Source of the DNA: Oculatellaceae cyanobacterium bins.114
GTDB taxonomy: Bacteria > Cyanobacteriota > Cyanobacteriia > Elainellales > Elainellaceae
Length of the DNA: 64,000 nucleotides
Direction of reading: 5' to 3'
Assembly: GCA_033764315.1 (NCBI GenBank)
Contig: JANRJA010000023.1
Coordinates: 64,926-128,925 of the forward strand
The stretch's first letter is position 1; every line of letters begins with the position of its first letter. Of this stretch, positions 28,987 to 39,242 are shown one piece after another. The position numbers and the translations under genes were made by a program. The notes below the pieces were generated by a model that did no database searches, was not told the DNA's origin, and worked only from the letters and a program-made list of their open reading frames with translations.

Positions 28987-30093
28987 TCATAAGGGGCTCT
29001 CAGGTTCTCCTTCTGAGAGCACTAATTGCCCATTTATCTCCGCATTAGTAGGGCTAAGTGGCGTGCCTTCTGAGACGGTGATAATACTGGAGTCCAAAGC
29101 CATCTGTTGCTCTGGCTTAGATCGGAATAGTTGTAATAGAAAGTCTCGCTGATTGATTAGATAAATACTCACTAGCGTCAGGCTCACGCCAAACCATTGC
29201 ACAGGAGTCAAAACCTCTGATAGTAATAAATTGCCAAAGAGGAGAGCAAACACAGGAGTCAAAAACGTCAAAGAACTCAAACTTGTCAGGTTGCCACTCG
29301 CCGCAAAGTAAAAGAACAACCCATAGGCGATCGCGCTGCCAAATAGCGTGGCATAACTCAATGCCAACCAGTCATAGCTGTTGAGGTTAATCCACTGCTG
29401 CGACTCATAAAAAGCCGACAAGACAAACAGCGGCACGCCTCCCAAGATCATGTGCCAACCCGTTGCAATGATGGGGTCAACATGCTGACAGACATATCGC
29501 ACTAAGACCGTGCCTACGGCCATTGACAACGCTGCCAAGAGCATGAGCCACTCCCCACTTTGGAATAGCTGCTGCAACACATTGACATCGGCTGATCCGG
29601 CGATCGCCCCCCACTGCCCATGCAACGTGGCCAACACCCAGTCATCAGGCAAGCCAATCAAACTAATGCCAACAATGCCAAAGGCCAACCCCAGCCAACC
29701 CCAAAAACCGACCTGCTCGGCAAAGAGAAATCGTGCCATCAAAGCCACTGCGAGGGGTTGTGAGTCAATCATGACTGAGCCAAGTCCGGCACCTGTTCTG
29801 ACTAAGCCTTCTGCTAAGAAACCCTGAAATAAAGCCCCATCGACTAGCCCAAAGAGAGCAATCCACAGCCACGCCAACCAGGTCTTGGGCTGAGAACGCC
29901 CCATCACCATCGCCACGATGAGAATGAGTGCGCCTGCGGGCACTAACCGAACTCCTGCCATAAACAGAGGAGTGGTGTGATCAACAGTCCCCTTCATGGC
30001 AACCATTGCGGTTCCCCATAAGAAAAAGGGAGCAATCAACAAGAGCGGCGCAACACCCAGCTTGGACTCAGTTAGCTTGAACTGCATTAGCAT
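28987..30093 (-). CDS. DMT/EamA family transporter
   Basis: FFLWGTAMVAMK, AGVRL, GLGSVMIDSQPL, SSLTFLTPVFALLFG; about 10 TM helices. Confidence 0.9.
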   Translation of the reverse strand: MLMQFKLTESKLGVAPLLLIAPFFLWGTAMVAMKGTVDHTTPLFMAGVRLVPAGALILIVAMVMGRSQPKTWLAWLWIALFGLVDGALFQGFLAEGLVRTGAGLGSVMIDSQPLAVALMARFLFAEQVGFWGWLGLAFGIVGISLIGLPDDWVLATLHGQWGAIAGSADVNVLQQLFQSGEWLMLLAALSMAVGTVLVRYVCQHVDPIIATGWHMILGGVPLFVLSAFYESQQWINLNSYDWLALSYATLFGSAIAYGLFFYFAASGNLTSLSSLTFLTPVFALLFGNLLLSEVLTPVQWFGVSLTLVSIYLINQRDFLLQLFRSKPEQQMALDSSIITVSEGTPLSPTNAEINGQLVLSEGEPESPL

Positions 30094-30585
30094 TCGTCCA
30101 TAATTTATGTATTGATTCTAAGTCAATCTATATAGTTTTGTTAAGACAAATATGAGAATCAGAGGTCAGTGTTCTGCGTTAACCGTCAATTGTGAATCAG
30201 GGTGCTGAGTGAGGGCAGCACCCCTTGCAAGGAGGGTTGAGGGTTAAGCAGCCATTGATATACGGGGAAATAGGGCAGGAGGCGGCAGGAAAATCGTCTT
30301 CATATCCTGAGATTTGGAAAATAATTGGAGAATAATTGGAAATGTTGTTTTCTCGGTCTCCTCACCCTTTGGCTGACTTAGCCTTCTACTGGTTCTCTAT
30401 TATTCCCTCATCTCCTTCAGGGGGATCTGTTTCACCAAACCGCTTGAAATTAGGGCAAACTAGAATTCAGCTTTATTGATAAGCTTCGTTCACAATTGAG
30501 TAAAAAGGACTGTTTTGGTGAGGGTAAGCCTTACTGCAATTCAGACCACGACCCGCAATTTTTGATTTTGAGTATTTAAAACATT

Positions 30586-31449
30586 ATGGTTTGGCCTTTT
30601 AAGCCACGGTTTCGCAAACAAATTGCCCGTATTGAAGTGAATGGCGCGATCGCCGGAGCTACTCGCAAACGAGTGTTAGAGGCTCTTAAAACGATTGAAG
30701 AGCGCAAATTTCCAGCCTTACTCCTGCGAATTGACAGCCCGGGTGGCACAGTTGGAGATTCTCAAGAGATTTACAGTGCCCTGAAAAAATTAGGGGAAAA
30801 GATCAAAATCGTGGCTAGTTTTGGCAATATCTCTGCATCAGGTGGAGTCTATATTGGCATGGGTGCAACTCACATTGTTGCCAACCCCGGCACGATCACA
30901 GGCAGCATTGGTGTGATTTTGCGGGGCAACAATCTAGAACGGTTGTTGGATAAAGTCGGGGTTTCTTTTAAGGTGATCAAGTCTGGCCCTTATAAAGACA
31001 TTCTGGCGTTTGATCGAGAGCTAACCGATCCCGAAAAGCACATCTTGCAAGAATTGATTGATGTCAGCTACGGCCAGTTTGTGCAAACCGTTGCTGAAGC
31101 GAGAAATTTGTCTGTAGACACCGTCAGAAGTTTTGCCGATGGTCGCATCTTTACCGGGCAGCAAGCCCTGGCATTAGGAGTGGTCGATCGCTTGGGTACT
31201 GAAGAAGATGCTCGTCGGTGGGCTGCTGAGCTAGCTGGGTTAGACCCTGAAAAGGCTGAGTGCTATACGTTTGAAGAGAAAAAGAGTGTTGTCAACCGAT
31301 TTCTCTCAGGCAGTGGTGATACGATGCAGTCTTCTGTTTGGGGCGATCGTCTGCCCATTGGGCTACAAAATCGGTTAGTCAAAACGGCTGAGTGGCTGGA
31401 GTTTGAGATCTCAACGAGTGGTTTACCGTTATGGTTATATCGTCCTTAG
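30586..31449 (+). CDS. sppA: signal peptide peptidase SppA (short S49 type)
   Basis: LRIDSPGGTV, SASGGVYI, TITGSIGVI, KSGPYKD, ADGRIFTGQQA. Confidence 0.93.
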   Translation: MVWPFKPRFRKQIARIEVNGAIAGATRKRVLEALKTIEERKFPALLLRIDSPGGTVGDSQEIYSALKKLGEKIKIVASFGNISASGGVYIGMGATHIVANPGTITGSIGVILRGNNLERLLDKVGVSFKVIKSGPYKDILAFDRELTDPEKHILQELIDVSYGQFVQTVAEARNLSVDTVRSFADGRIFTGQQALALGVVDRLGTEEDARRWAAELAGLDPEKAECYTFEEKKSVVNRFLSGSGDTMQSSVWGDRLPIGLQNRLVKTAEWLEFEISTSGLPLWLYRP

Positions 31450-31597
31450 TGTCGCCATTCGTCATTGAGGTTGTGAATTTTGAGGCGATTGATTTTTAGA
31501 AATTCACAATCAATCGCTGAAACGTTGTATTAATGGGGTGCAACGATCAAAATTAACAGTACTGAAACACACCGTGAAATATCAGGAGGATGATTAC

Positions 31598-31978
31598 GTG
31601 GGCTGGCGAGTGCAAGCAATTCGAGGGGCAACAACTGTTTCAGAAAATTCAGTTGAAGCAATCAAAGAAGCAGTAACCGAGTTATTGGATGAGCTAGAAA
31701 GCTGCAATCAACTCAACCCGAATGATATTATCAGCGCCACGTTTTCAGTGACTCGTGATCTGGATGCCATTTTTCCAGCGGCGATCGCCCGTCAACGCCC
31801 AAACTGGGACAACGTTCCTCTGTTAGATGTGCAACAGATGCATGTTGAAGGTAGCTTAGAGCGTTGCATTCGCTTTCTGATTCACGTCAATATGGCCGAT
31901 CCGCTGATGAAGATCCACCATCCCTATCTGCGGCAAGCCAAAGCCCTGCGACCCGACTGGAGCATGGCATCTCTATAA
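31598..31978 (+). CDS. aroH: chorismate mutase, AroH class
   Basis: AIRGATTV, SATFSVTRDLDAIFPAAIAR, CIRFLIH, YLRQAKALRPD; GTG start after AGGAGG. Confidence 0.93.
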   Translation: MGWRVQAIRGATTVSENSVEAIKEAVTELLDELESCNQLNPNDIISATFSVTRDLDAIFPAAIARQRPNWDNVPLLDVQQMHVEGSLERCIRFLIHVNMADPLMKIHHPYLRQAKALRPDWSMASL

Positions 31979-32062
31979 GAAGGAAGAACGAAAAAAGAAG
32001 AAAGAATGGAGTTTCATGGCTTCTCAAATCCTTTTTCTTATTTCACTCTTCATTTTTCTCCT
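31976..32062. repeat. opposed purine/pyrimidine heptamer-like tracts between convergent genes
   Basis: AAGAAAGGAAGAACGAAAAAAGAAGAAAGAA ... TTTTTCTTATTTCACTCTTCATTTTTCT. Confidence 0.5.
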
Positions 32063-32477
32063 GTTTAAAGAACTGATCTAAAATCTCTTTGGGTGGGCGA
32101 TCCCAGGCATCAATGTGCTGATAGATTAATGCCTCTGAATTGAGCGAATAGGTGGATGTGCCGTTAAAGAAAATTTTGGCTTTCCAGGGCACTCTTAATC
32201 TGCCGCGAACCGTCCACGTCGCTAGAATTTCAGCTGGAGCAGACCGTGAAACCGTATGTAAATCGAAATAAATCTCTGTGAAAAATAGGCGGGCGTGAAA
32301 CCGCAGTGTCCAGAAGATAATGCGGTAATTGAATTTGCCTCTAAAGGTGTTGACCGGGTCACGAAAAAAAATATCTGATGTGTAGATGTCATAGGAAATG
32401 TCACGCTCAAACAGCGTCGGCAAGTCAGCCCACAACGTTTTAATCACTGATTCGATTTGGGGTTCAGGTAGTTCCAT
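32043..32477 (-). CDS. DUF2358 (SnoaL/NTF2-like) protein
   Basis: DISYDIYTSDIFFRDPVNTFRGKFNYR..WTVRGRLRVPWKA..HIDAWD. Confidence 0.85.
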   Translation of the reverse strand: MELPEPQIESVIKTLWADLPTLFERDISYDIYTSDIFFRDPVNTFRGKFNYRIIFWTLRFHARLFFTEIYFDLHTVSRSAPAEILATWTVRGRLRVPWKAKIFFNGTSTYSLNSEALIYQHIDAWDRPPKEILDQFFKQEKNEE

Positions 32478-32501
32478 GTCCGGTTATCCGTTGTGGCAGA
32501 T

Positions 32502-33371
32502 TCATCTAAGCGTGATCTCCCGCATACTACCCCAAAACTGAATCCAGGGAATTTCGGGAGTCCCTGTAAACTGCGGATCTCCCATTCCCAGGACAGTCCA
32601 GTTACCAGTCTCTAACTGCCCCACATCGAGCGACACAAACGGCACATCAATCTGAGCGATCGCCCCAAACACGACTGCCATCAATGCTTCCTCTTCAGGA
32701 GTCGAGAGATAGCGTCCGGGGTGATCGCCTGACCAGGCATAGCCATAGGTGATCAGGGTTTGGCGATACAACACAATGCGAAAGATGCGTCCAAGCTTCA
32801 TGCCGATTGGGGTTTGATACGATCGCAGAGGGATGGCGGCTTGTAGAATGACGTTGTTGTGCGATCGCCTCGGTTGTTGAAGAAGGGGTGTCGTCAGCTG
32901 TTGCAGTTCTTCCAGAGTGGTGGCATGGGGGCTAAGAGGGTTGAAGGACGCTTCTCCGCGCACTGAGATTGGCAAACCGAGTTGAGCGATCGCCGCTTCA
33001 CATTGATTCACATGGGTTACCACAACACTCGTGGGGATCAGGTCGTGCAATCGATTATAAATCTGCTCAAAATTCTGGATGGTCTGGTGTTCCGCAGGCG
33101 AGTTGAGGAGGCGAATTCCTTTTTGCAGAGCTTGTTGATAAATGGCTACATAGAGAGCACTGGTAGGGGTTTCACCAATCCACACGCCTGCCGTTTCACT
33201 CGATTGAGGCGGCACTTGCGCTAGAGCAGGGGCTACTGCAAGAGCGGTAGATGTTACTTGAATTGGGTAAACTGGCAACTCCAAAAGTTGGGCGATCTCG
33301 ACGGAGGCAAGTAGCCCTTGATTTCGAGTCGGTGCTGGAGAGGTGTCAACAACATCGCTGAGAACAATCAT
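32502..33371 (-). CDS. ATP-grasp-like domain protein, possibly degenerate
   Basis: GIRLLNSP, IPTSVV, FRIVLY, PFVSLDVGQLETGNW pattern of stand-alone ATP-grasp proteins. Confidence 0.6.
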   Translation of the reverse strand: MIVLSDVVDTSPAPTRNQGLLASVEIAQLLELPVYPIQVTSTALAVAPALAQVPPQSSETAGVWIGETPTSALYVAIYQQALQKGIRLLNSPAEHQTIQNFEQIYNRLHDLIPTSVVVTHVNQCEAAIAQLGLPISVRGEASFNPLSPHATTLEELQQLTTPLLQQPRRSHNNVILQAAIPLRSYQTPIGMKLGRIFRIVLYRQTLITYGYAWSGDHPGRYLSTPEEEALMAVVFGAIAQIDVPFVSLDVGQLETGNWTVLGMGDPQFTGTPEIPWIQFWGSMREITLR

Positions 33372-33433
33372 GAAATGAAAGAGGGCAGTACACTGGAATA
33401 ATCCCCTGAGTTCTAGAAGATTGTCACATAAAT

Positions 33434-35509
33434 ATGGGTCAGCAAGCCTACCTGGAAACCAAGCTGTCTCCTCCCGTTGCCGAGAAGCGTCCTCATATCC
33501 TGAGTATTCACGACGATGAGCGGATGGATCCGTATTACTGGATGCGCGATCGCACCGATCCGGCTGTGATTGCCTATTTAGAAGCTGAAAATGCTTATAC
33601 TCAGGCTGTCATGCAGCATACAGAGGGGCTACAAAAAGCTCTTTATCACGAGATGCTAGGGCGGATCAAGGAAACGGATTTGTCCGTTCCCTATCGCAAA
33701 GATAACTTTTATTACTACACCCGCACTGAAGAAGGTAAAGCCTACCCGATTTACTGCCGCAAAAAAGGCAGCTTAGAAAGTGAAGAAGAAGTACTGCTCG
33801 ATCAGAACGTTTTAGCTGAAGGGCATGAATTTTTTAATCTGGGAGTGGTGCAGGTTAGCCCAGATCATCAGGTGTTGGCCTATTCCGTAGACACCGCTGG
33901 CAGTGAACTGTATACCCTATATTTCCTCAACCTGGCTACACGAGAGCTATATCCAGAGGCGATCGCCGAAACGTACTATTCCCTTGAATGGGCAAATGAC
34001 AGCCGCACGGTGTTTTACACCCAGGTTGACAGCACTAATCGCCCCTATAAACTGTTTCGCCATCGGGTGGGCACTCCTGCCACTGAAGATGTGTTGGTTT
34101 ATCACGAACCGGATGAGTCTTATTTTCTAGACATTGGCAAAACCCGCAGCGAAGCCTACCTGCTGATGAGCTTAGAGAGTAAGCTCACCTCCGAGGTGCA
34201 TTACCTTAAGGCAGACGATCCTCAAAGCCAGTTTCGGATGATTCAGGCGCGATCGCACGGGATGGAATATAGCGTCGATCATCACGGCGACTACTTCTAC
34301 ATCGTCACGAATGGAGATGCGGTTAACTTTAAGTTGGTCAAAACCCCCGTGACCGCCCCTGACCAATCCCACTGGGAAACCGTCATTCCTCACCGAGAAG
34401 AGGTGCTGCTATCAGGTATCAGTGTTTTTGTGGATCATCTGGTGATTTACGAACGCCAGGGCGGATTGCCCACCGTGCGGGTGCAAAAGCTATCCACAGG
34501 TGAGGAACATAGCCTTGCCTTTCCAGAGCCAACCTATTCTGTACGAGAAGGGAGTAATCCAGAATTCAACACTAATATTCTGCGGTTTAGTTATTCGTCG
34601 ATGATTACCCCGTCCTCGGTGTTTGACTACAATTTGGACACCCAAGAACGGGAGCTAAAAAAAGAGACAGAAGTGTTAGGCGGATACGATCGCACTCAAT
34701 ATGCCAGCGAGTGGATTCAGGCTACGACAGCAGATGGGTTACAGGTGCCTATCTCGATTGTCTACAAGCGTGGAACGCTCAAGGATGGCAGTAATCCGCT
34801 ATTCCTCACAGGCTATGGCTCCTATGGCATGAGCTATCCAGTCACTTTCTCGTCTAACCGTTTGTCACTGCTCGATCGGGGTGTCGTCATTGCCCTCGCT
34901 CATATTCGGGGTGGCAGTGAGTTGGGGCGCAAGTGGTATGACAACGGCAAATTTCTCAACAAAAAGAATACGTTCACGGATTTCATTGCCTGTGCTGAGC
35001 ATTTGATTCAAGCCGGATGGACGAGTTGCGATCGCCTTGCGATTAGTGGTGGCAGTGCTGGTGGGTTGCTAATGGGAGCCGTGATCAACCTGCGTCCTGA
35101 TTTGTTCAAGACTGTAGTAGCCGATGTGCCCTTTGTTGATGTGGTCACGACGATTCTTGACCCAACGCTGCCCCTATCGGTGTTGGAGTGGGAGGAGTGG
35201 GGCAACCCCAATGACAAAACCTACTACGATTACATGAAGTCCTATTCTCCCTATGACAATGTCACCGCCAAAGACTATCCAGCCATGCTGATCACCGCTG
35301 GCTTAAACGACTCGCGTGTGTCGTATTGGGAGCCTGCCAAGTGGACGGCTAAATTGCGCGATCTCAAAACCGATGACAACCTCTTGTTGCTCAAAACCAA
35401 TATGGGTGCTGGTCATGGGGGTGCCTCAGGGCGTTATGAGAGCCTCAAAGAAATTGCCTTTGAATATGCCTTCTTGTTAGACCAATGGGGGATAGCTAAA
35501 CCGCAATAA
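33434..35509 (+). CDS. ptrB: oligopeptidase B (S9A)
   Basis: DPYYWMRD, YGSYG, HIRGGSELG, GGSAGG nucleophile, DSRVSYWEPAKW, GHGGASGR. Confidence 0.95.
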   Translation: MGQQAYLETKLSPPVAEKRPHILSIHDDERMDPYYWMRDRTDPAVIAYLEAENAYTQAVMQHTEGLQKALYHEMLGRIKETDLSVPYRKDNFYYYTRTEEGKAYPIYCRKKGSLESEEEVLLDQNVLAEGHEFFNLGVVQVSPDHQVLAYSVDTAGSELYTLYFLNLATRELYPEAIAETYYSLEWANDSRTVFYTQVDSTNRPYKLFRHRVGTPATEDVLVYHEPDESYFLDIGKTRSEAYLLMSLESKLTSEVHYLKADDPQSQFRMIQARSHGMEYSVDHHGDYFYIVTNGDAVNFKLVKTPVTAPDQSHWETVIPHREEVLLSGISVFVDHLVIYERQGGLPTVRVQKLSTGEEHSLAFPEPTYSVREGSNPEFNTNILRFSYSSMITPSSVFDYNLDTQERELKKETEVLGGYDRTQYASEWIQATTADGLQVPISIVYKRGTLKDGSNPLFLTGYGSYGMSYPVTFSSNRLSLLDRGVVIALAHIRGGSELGRKWYDNGKFLNKKNTFTDFIACAEHLIQAGWTSCDRLAISGGSAGGLLMGAVINLRPDLFKTVVADVPFVDVVTTILDPTLPLSVLEWEEWGNPNDKTYYDYMKSYSPYDNVTAKDYPAMLITAGLNDSRVSYWEPAKWTAKLRDLKTDDNLLLLKTNMGAGHGGASGRYESLKEIAFEYAFLLDQWGIAKPQ

Positions 35510-35597
35510 ATCGCGTTACAAGTAAGATCGTTAACCGTAGGCATCTCATTTCTGTAACCCAACCAGCGGTTGAATTGATCATCATGCAACAGACATC

Positions 35598-36026
35598 ATG
35601 CAACAATTTATGACTGAGTTGCGAGTCCGCCATTATGAGATGGATGCTTTGGGGCACGTCAACAATGCCGTCTACCAGCACTATTTAGAGCAGGCAGCGA
35701 TCGAACATTCAGAACATCTTGGCTTTACACCCGATCGCTATCGAGAACTGGGTGGGCTATTTGTCATGCGACGAGTCGAGATTGAATACCTGCGTCCAGC
35801 GATCGCTGGGGATTTACTCTCGATCACAACCTGGCTTCAAGAAATGCGGGGGCCACGGGCGGTGCGGTCTTACGAAATTCGCAAAGGCAGCGAGTTAAAT
35901 GCTGAGTTATTAGTCACTGCAACGGCATTGTGGGTTTGGGTAGAAGGTGCAACTATGCGTCCTCGTCCCATTCCTGAGGCAATCTTGGCAACTTTTGGAC
36001 AACTCACCCGCAAAGAGAGAGCATAG
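35598..36026 (+). CDS. acyl-CoA thioesterase (4HBT/YbgC hot-dog family)
   Basis: VRHYEMDALGHVNNAVYQHYLEQA, IEYLRPA. Confidence 0.9.
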   Translation: MQQFMTELRVRHYEMDALGHVNNAVYQHYLEQAAIEHSEHLGFTPDRYRELGGLFVMRRVEIEYLRPAIAGDLLSITTWLQEMRGPRAVRSYEIRKGSELNAELLVTATALWVWVEGATMRPRPIPEAILATFGQLTRKERA

Positions 36027-36029
36027 GCA

Positions 36030-36899
36030 ATGAATGCGATCGCAGAGACCTGGCAACACGACTACCTGGTAACCAACGGGGTGCGTCTGCACTACGTCAC
36101 CCAAGGTGAGGGTTCCCTGATGTTGATGCTGCACGGGTTTCCTGATTTCTGGTATTCTTGGCGGCACCAAATTCCTGAATTTGCCCGCGATCACAAGGTC
36201 GTTGCTGTAGACTTGCGCGGTTATAACGACAGTGATAAACCTGCTGAGAAGTCAGCTTACACGATTCCTGAGTTGGTTCAAGATGTCGTCGGCATAATTC
36301 GGGGGTTGGGGTATGACCGTTGCATTTTGGTGGGGCATGATTGGGGTGGGGCGATCGCCTGGAATGTAGCCTACACTCATCCTGAACTGATTGATCGACT
36401 GATTGTGCTCAACCTGCCCCATCCCACTAAGTTTCAACAAGGCTTACGCACTCCTCAACAGTTGCTTCGTAGTTCCTATATTTTCTTCTTTCAATTGCCA
36501 CTGTTACCTGAAGTGGTACTGCGGTGGAATAACTACCAGGCGATCGCCACTGCATTTCAAGGAATGGCGATCGATAAAAGTGCTTTTACTGCCGACGATT
36601 TGGCAGCTTATAAAACAGCGGCGGCGAAACCGGGAGCCCTCACTAGCATGCTCAACTATTACCGCAATCTGTTTCAAAACGGGTTGAAACTGAGCGATCG
36701 CCAATGGGGCAAACTCAAAATCCCCACGTTACTCATTTGGGGTGAAAAAGATATCGCTTTGGGCAAAGAGTTGACCTATGGCACCGAGGCATACGTCGAA
36801 AACCTACAAATCTGCTACATTCCTGATTGCAGCCACTGGGTACACCATGAGCAGCCTCAACGGGTTAATCAAACCATCCGTGAGTTTTTAGCCACTTGA
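36030..36899 (+). CDS. alpha/beta hydrolase, epoxide hydrolase-like
   Basis: LHGFPDFWYSWRHQI, GHDWGG, WGEKD, CSHWV. Confidence 0.92.
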   Translation: MNAIAETWQHDYLVTNGVRLHYVTQGEGSLMLMLHGFPDFWYSWRHQIPEFARDHKVVAVDLRGYNDSDKPAEKSAYTIPELVQDVVGIIRGLGYDRCILVGHDWGGAIAWNVAYTHPELIDRLIVLNLPHPTKFQQGLRTPQQLLRSSYIFFFQLPLLPEVVLRWNNYQAIATAFQGMAIDKSAFTADDLAAYKTAAAKPGALTSMLNYYRNLFQNGLKLSDRQWGKLKIPTLLIWGEKDIALGKELTYGTEAYVENLQICYIPDCSHWVHHEQPQRVNQTIREFLAT

Positions 36900-36951
36900 A
36901 AAGTTAGATACGATACAATCAAGGACAATCACACATTATTCGCAGACTGTC

Positions 36952-37158
36952 ATGCCCGAAAGCGGAGTCAACGTTTGCCCCGTTTGTGGTGTCAAAATTA
37001 TAGGGATGATCGGTGGAGATCGAGTCCTATTTTCGGTCGGTCCTCCTGGCACCAGAGCAACGTTGTGGGCACGGGTCTGTCGATTTACTCAAAAGCCGGG
37101 TTGCATTAATAGCAACTATCAGGCGAGCAGTGAGAGTCAGTCAAACGATTCCTACTAA
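36952..37158 (+). CDS. small Cys-containing hypothetical protein
   Basis: CPVC ... ARVC ... GCIN; fills the gap between co-oriented genes. Confidence 0.65.
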   Translation: MPESGVNVCPVCGVKIIGMIGGDRVLFSVGPPGTRATLWARVCRFTQKPGCINSNYQASSESQSNDSY

Positions 37159-37249
37159 TCTAGACCTTAGAGTGACCAAAAGCGATCGCTTTTGGTCAGG
37201 GGTAGTTGCCTGCACTGTTTTGTAATGACGGCAATACCATAATGGAGTT

Positions 37250-38050
37250 ATGCAGAAACTACTTTTTACTGATCGCGAAACCGTTAAAGGGCGCGCCATT
37301 TTTCTAGGGGAGAGCCTAGATCTAAAAGCCCTAGAAAGGGCAGATTATCTAGCCACAACCCCTCTTGTTGTTACGGCTGGAGAAAATGGTTGCGCTGTTC
37401 TCTTTCGCTATGGGGCGATTGTTCTATTTGGCTTAGGACCCGTTGAAGAAGTTTCTTTTCTGTCGTACTTAAAGCCCCTCGTCATCCAACCTTTTTCATC
37501 TCCTGAAACAGAAGAAGCCTCGCTTAACCTTGACCCTGCGGCGGCGGGTCGGGTTGAAAATGGCATCATTTGGATTCAAGAGTTTAGTATTGCTTGCCTG
37601 CAAATTGTCGCTGACATTTTGGCTAAAAGTGTCGTACTCGCTCACTATGAGGCGGGCACTGCCAACGTATTTGACCAGATCGAACCCTTTGCGGATGAGC
37701 TACAGCGGACGACTAAAAATGAGCGATGGGGAAAAGAATTATTGCGCCAATTGGGGACGACTCTCTCTATTCAACACAAAATTGTGGGTCGGGTTGAAAT
37801 TATTGATAAGCCAGACTTGCTCTGGGATATGCCTGATCTAGAACGACTTTATGCCCGTTTAGAAAATGAGTATGAGATTCGAGAACGGCATATGGCGTTA
37901 GAACGCAAGTTAGATCTCATCTCTCGAACAGCCGAAACCGTGCTCGATCTGTTGCAGCACAATAGCGGCTTGCGAGTGGAATGGTATGTCGTCAGCTTGA
38001 TTGTGGTGGAGATTTTACTCTCACTGTACGACTTGTTTTTTCAAGTATAA
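37250..38050 (+). CDS. RMD1/DUF155 family protein
   Basis: LFRYGAIVLFG, LAKSVVLAHYE, DKPDLLWD..LERLY..YEIRERH..LERKL, RVEWYVVSLI. Confidence 0.88.
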   Translation: MQKLLFTDRETVKGRAIFLGESLDLKALERADYLATTPLVVTAGENGCAVLFRYGAIVLFGLGPVEEVSFLSYLKPLVIQPFSSPETEEASLNLDPAAAGRVENGIIWIQEFSIACLQIVADILAKSVVLAHYEAGTANVFDQIEPFADELQRTTKNERWGKELLRQLGTTLSIQHKIVGRVEIIDKPDLLWDMPDLERLYARLENEYEIRERHMALERKLDLISRTAETVLDLLQHNSGLRVEWYVVSLIVVEILLSLYDLFFQV

Positions 38051-38141
38051 ATTTAGCTCTAGAACGATTCAGCCCGATTGACTGACTCAAAATCTGACGA
38101 AGCAAGGGTTAACCTCCGTCGCGTCTGCCCCGTTAAGCCAA

Positions 38142-38489
38142 CTAGCTAGCTAATTTGGCTAACGCTGGGCGATATTCAGCAGGTTTAACTTGATGCTTGA
38201 CCAAGTTGGCAAGCTCTTGGAGTTGGCTGATGGCTTCTGCTCCTTCAAGCTTCATCAACTCTCGATCATCTCGCATCTCGGTCCAGGTGATCCCATAATC
38301 AGAAACCAGGAAGCGAATCAAGTGGTTATCCCCAAGGCTAACCATAAACGAAGCACTATTCATCTGACCGCCGCAGGTATAGCAAGACGCGAGATAGCCT
38401 CTCCGCTCTAACACGGTTGCCAGAGCCTGAAGATTCATGACTAAGTCTTGTACAAACTGACGATGTTGTTCTGCAAGTCTTACAAACAC
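38142..38489 (-). CDS. DUF1815 family protein
   Basis: MFVRLAEQHRQFVQDLVMNLQALA..ASCYTCG..RFLVSDYGITWTE. Confidence 0.85.
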   Translation of the reverse strand: MFVRLAEQHRQFVQDLVMNLQALATVLERRGYLASCYTCGGQMNSASFMVSLGDNHLIRFLVSDYGITWTEMRDDRELMKLEGAEAISQLQELANLVKHQVKPAEYRPALAKLAS

Positions 38490-38858
38490 GCTTGACCTCC
38501 TATCATCACCACACTCAATTTTAGCCTTTTTAATAATTTATTAAGAATCTCATTTAATTTAGTAGTGCGGTTTCCAGCTAAGATCTCCCAAGCGACAGAT
38601 AAACCGAAAAAAAGACTGAAATTAAATTCGTATCCAACCTGCATACGATAACGAACTCGTTGCTTTTACAAAGTATCTAGAGCAACAATCAGCAATCAGA
38701 ATTAAAAAAACTGGGCTATCTCACTATTTATCTTTCTCTACATTAGCCCCAATTTTAAGATTCTGCTTGTATAAAAGAATATTCCGTTTAAGCTAAAGCA
38801 GAGCGATCGCACTGAACCCCAGTGTGGATCACGGTTTGTGAAATTAAATGAATCTAAG

Positions 38859-38905
38859 AGGGTATTCATCCATCTTGCAGGTCAGTCAGGATGGATGAAT
38901 ACCCT
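38859..38905. terminator. 16-bp perfect stem-loop downstream of the DUF2839 gene
   Basis: AGGGTATTCATCCATC ... GATGGATGAATACCCT. Confidence 0.6.
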
Positions 38906-38956
38906 TTACAAAAACTTGACTTAAATAGGGGAATGCAATGACTTTAATCAGCAATG

Positions 38957-39169
38957 CTAATTAGCTTGCCACCATCCTAGACTAGGACCTAGTAGCCGTA
39001 CAACGAGCCAGTAAGCAACTAATACTCCGATACCAACCCAAGCACCCCGATTACTTAGCTTGACAAACTGCTGAGCCTGACTTTTTTTGATAGGCAACCA
39101 GGAAAGAATGTTTTCCTCCTGACCATATTTCTCGCCTAAGATTTCCTTGCGTCGTTTTGCGTCGCCCAT
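38957..39169 (-). CDS. DUF2839 family small membrane protein
   Basis: MGDAKRRKE..WLPI..GAWVGIG..VRLLGPSLGWW. Confidence 0.85.
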   Translation of the reverse strand: MGDAKRRKEILGEKYGQEENILSWLPIKKSQAQQFVKLSNRGAWVGIGVLVAYWLVVRLLGPSLGWWQAN

Positions 39170-39242
39170 GATTGATTCCTAAAACGCACTAGTGAACTGA
39201 TCATAGCGTTTCTGGTAATCTCTTAAAACATTGACCAGAGGC

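Noticed and set aside
32043-37158. ATP-grasp + S9 peptidase + small peptide as a RiPP (graspetide) cluster
   Set aside because: The ATP-grasp looks degenerate, the S9 is an ordinary PtrB, and the small ORF has no leader/core repeat pattern
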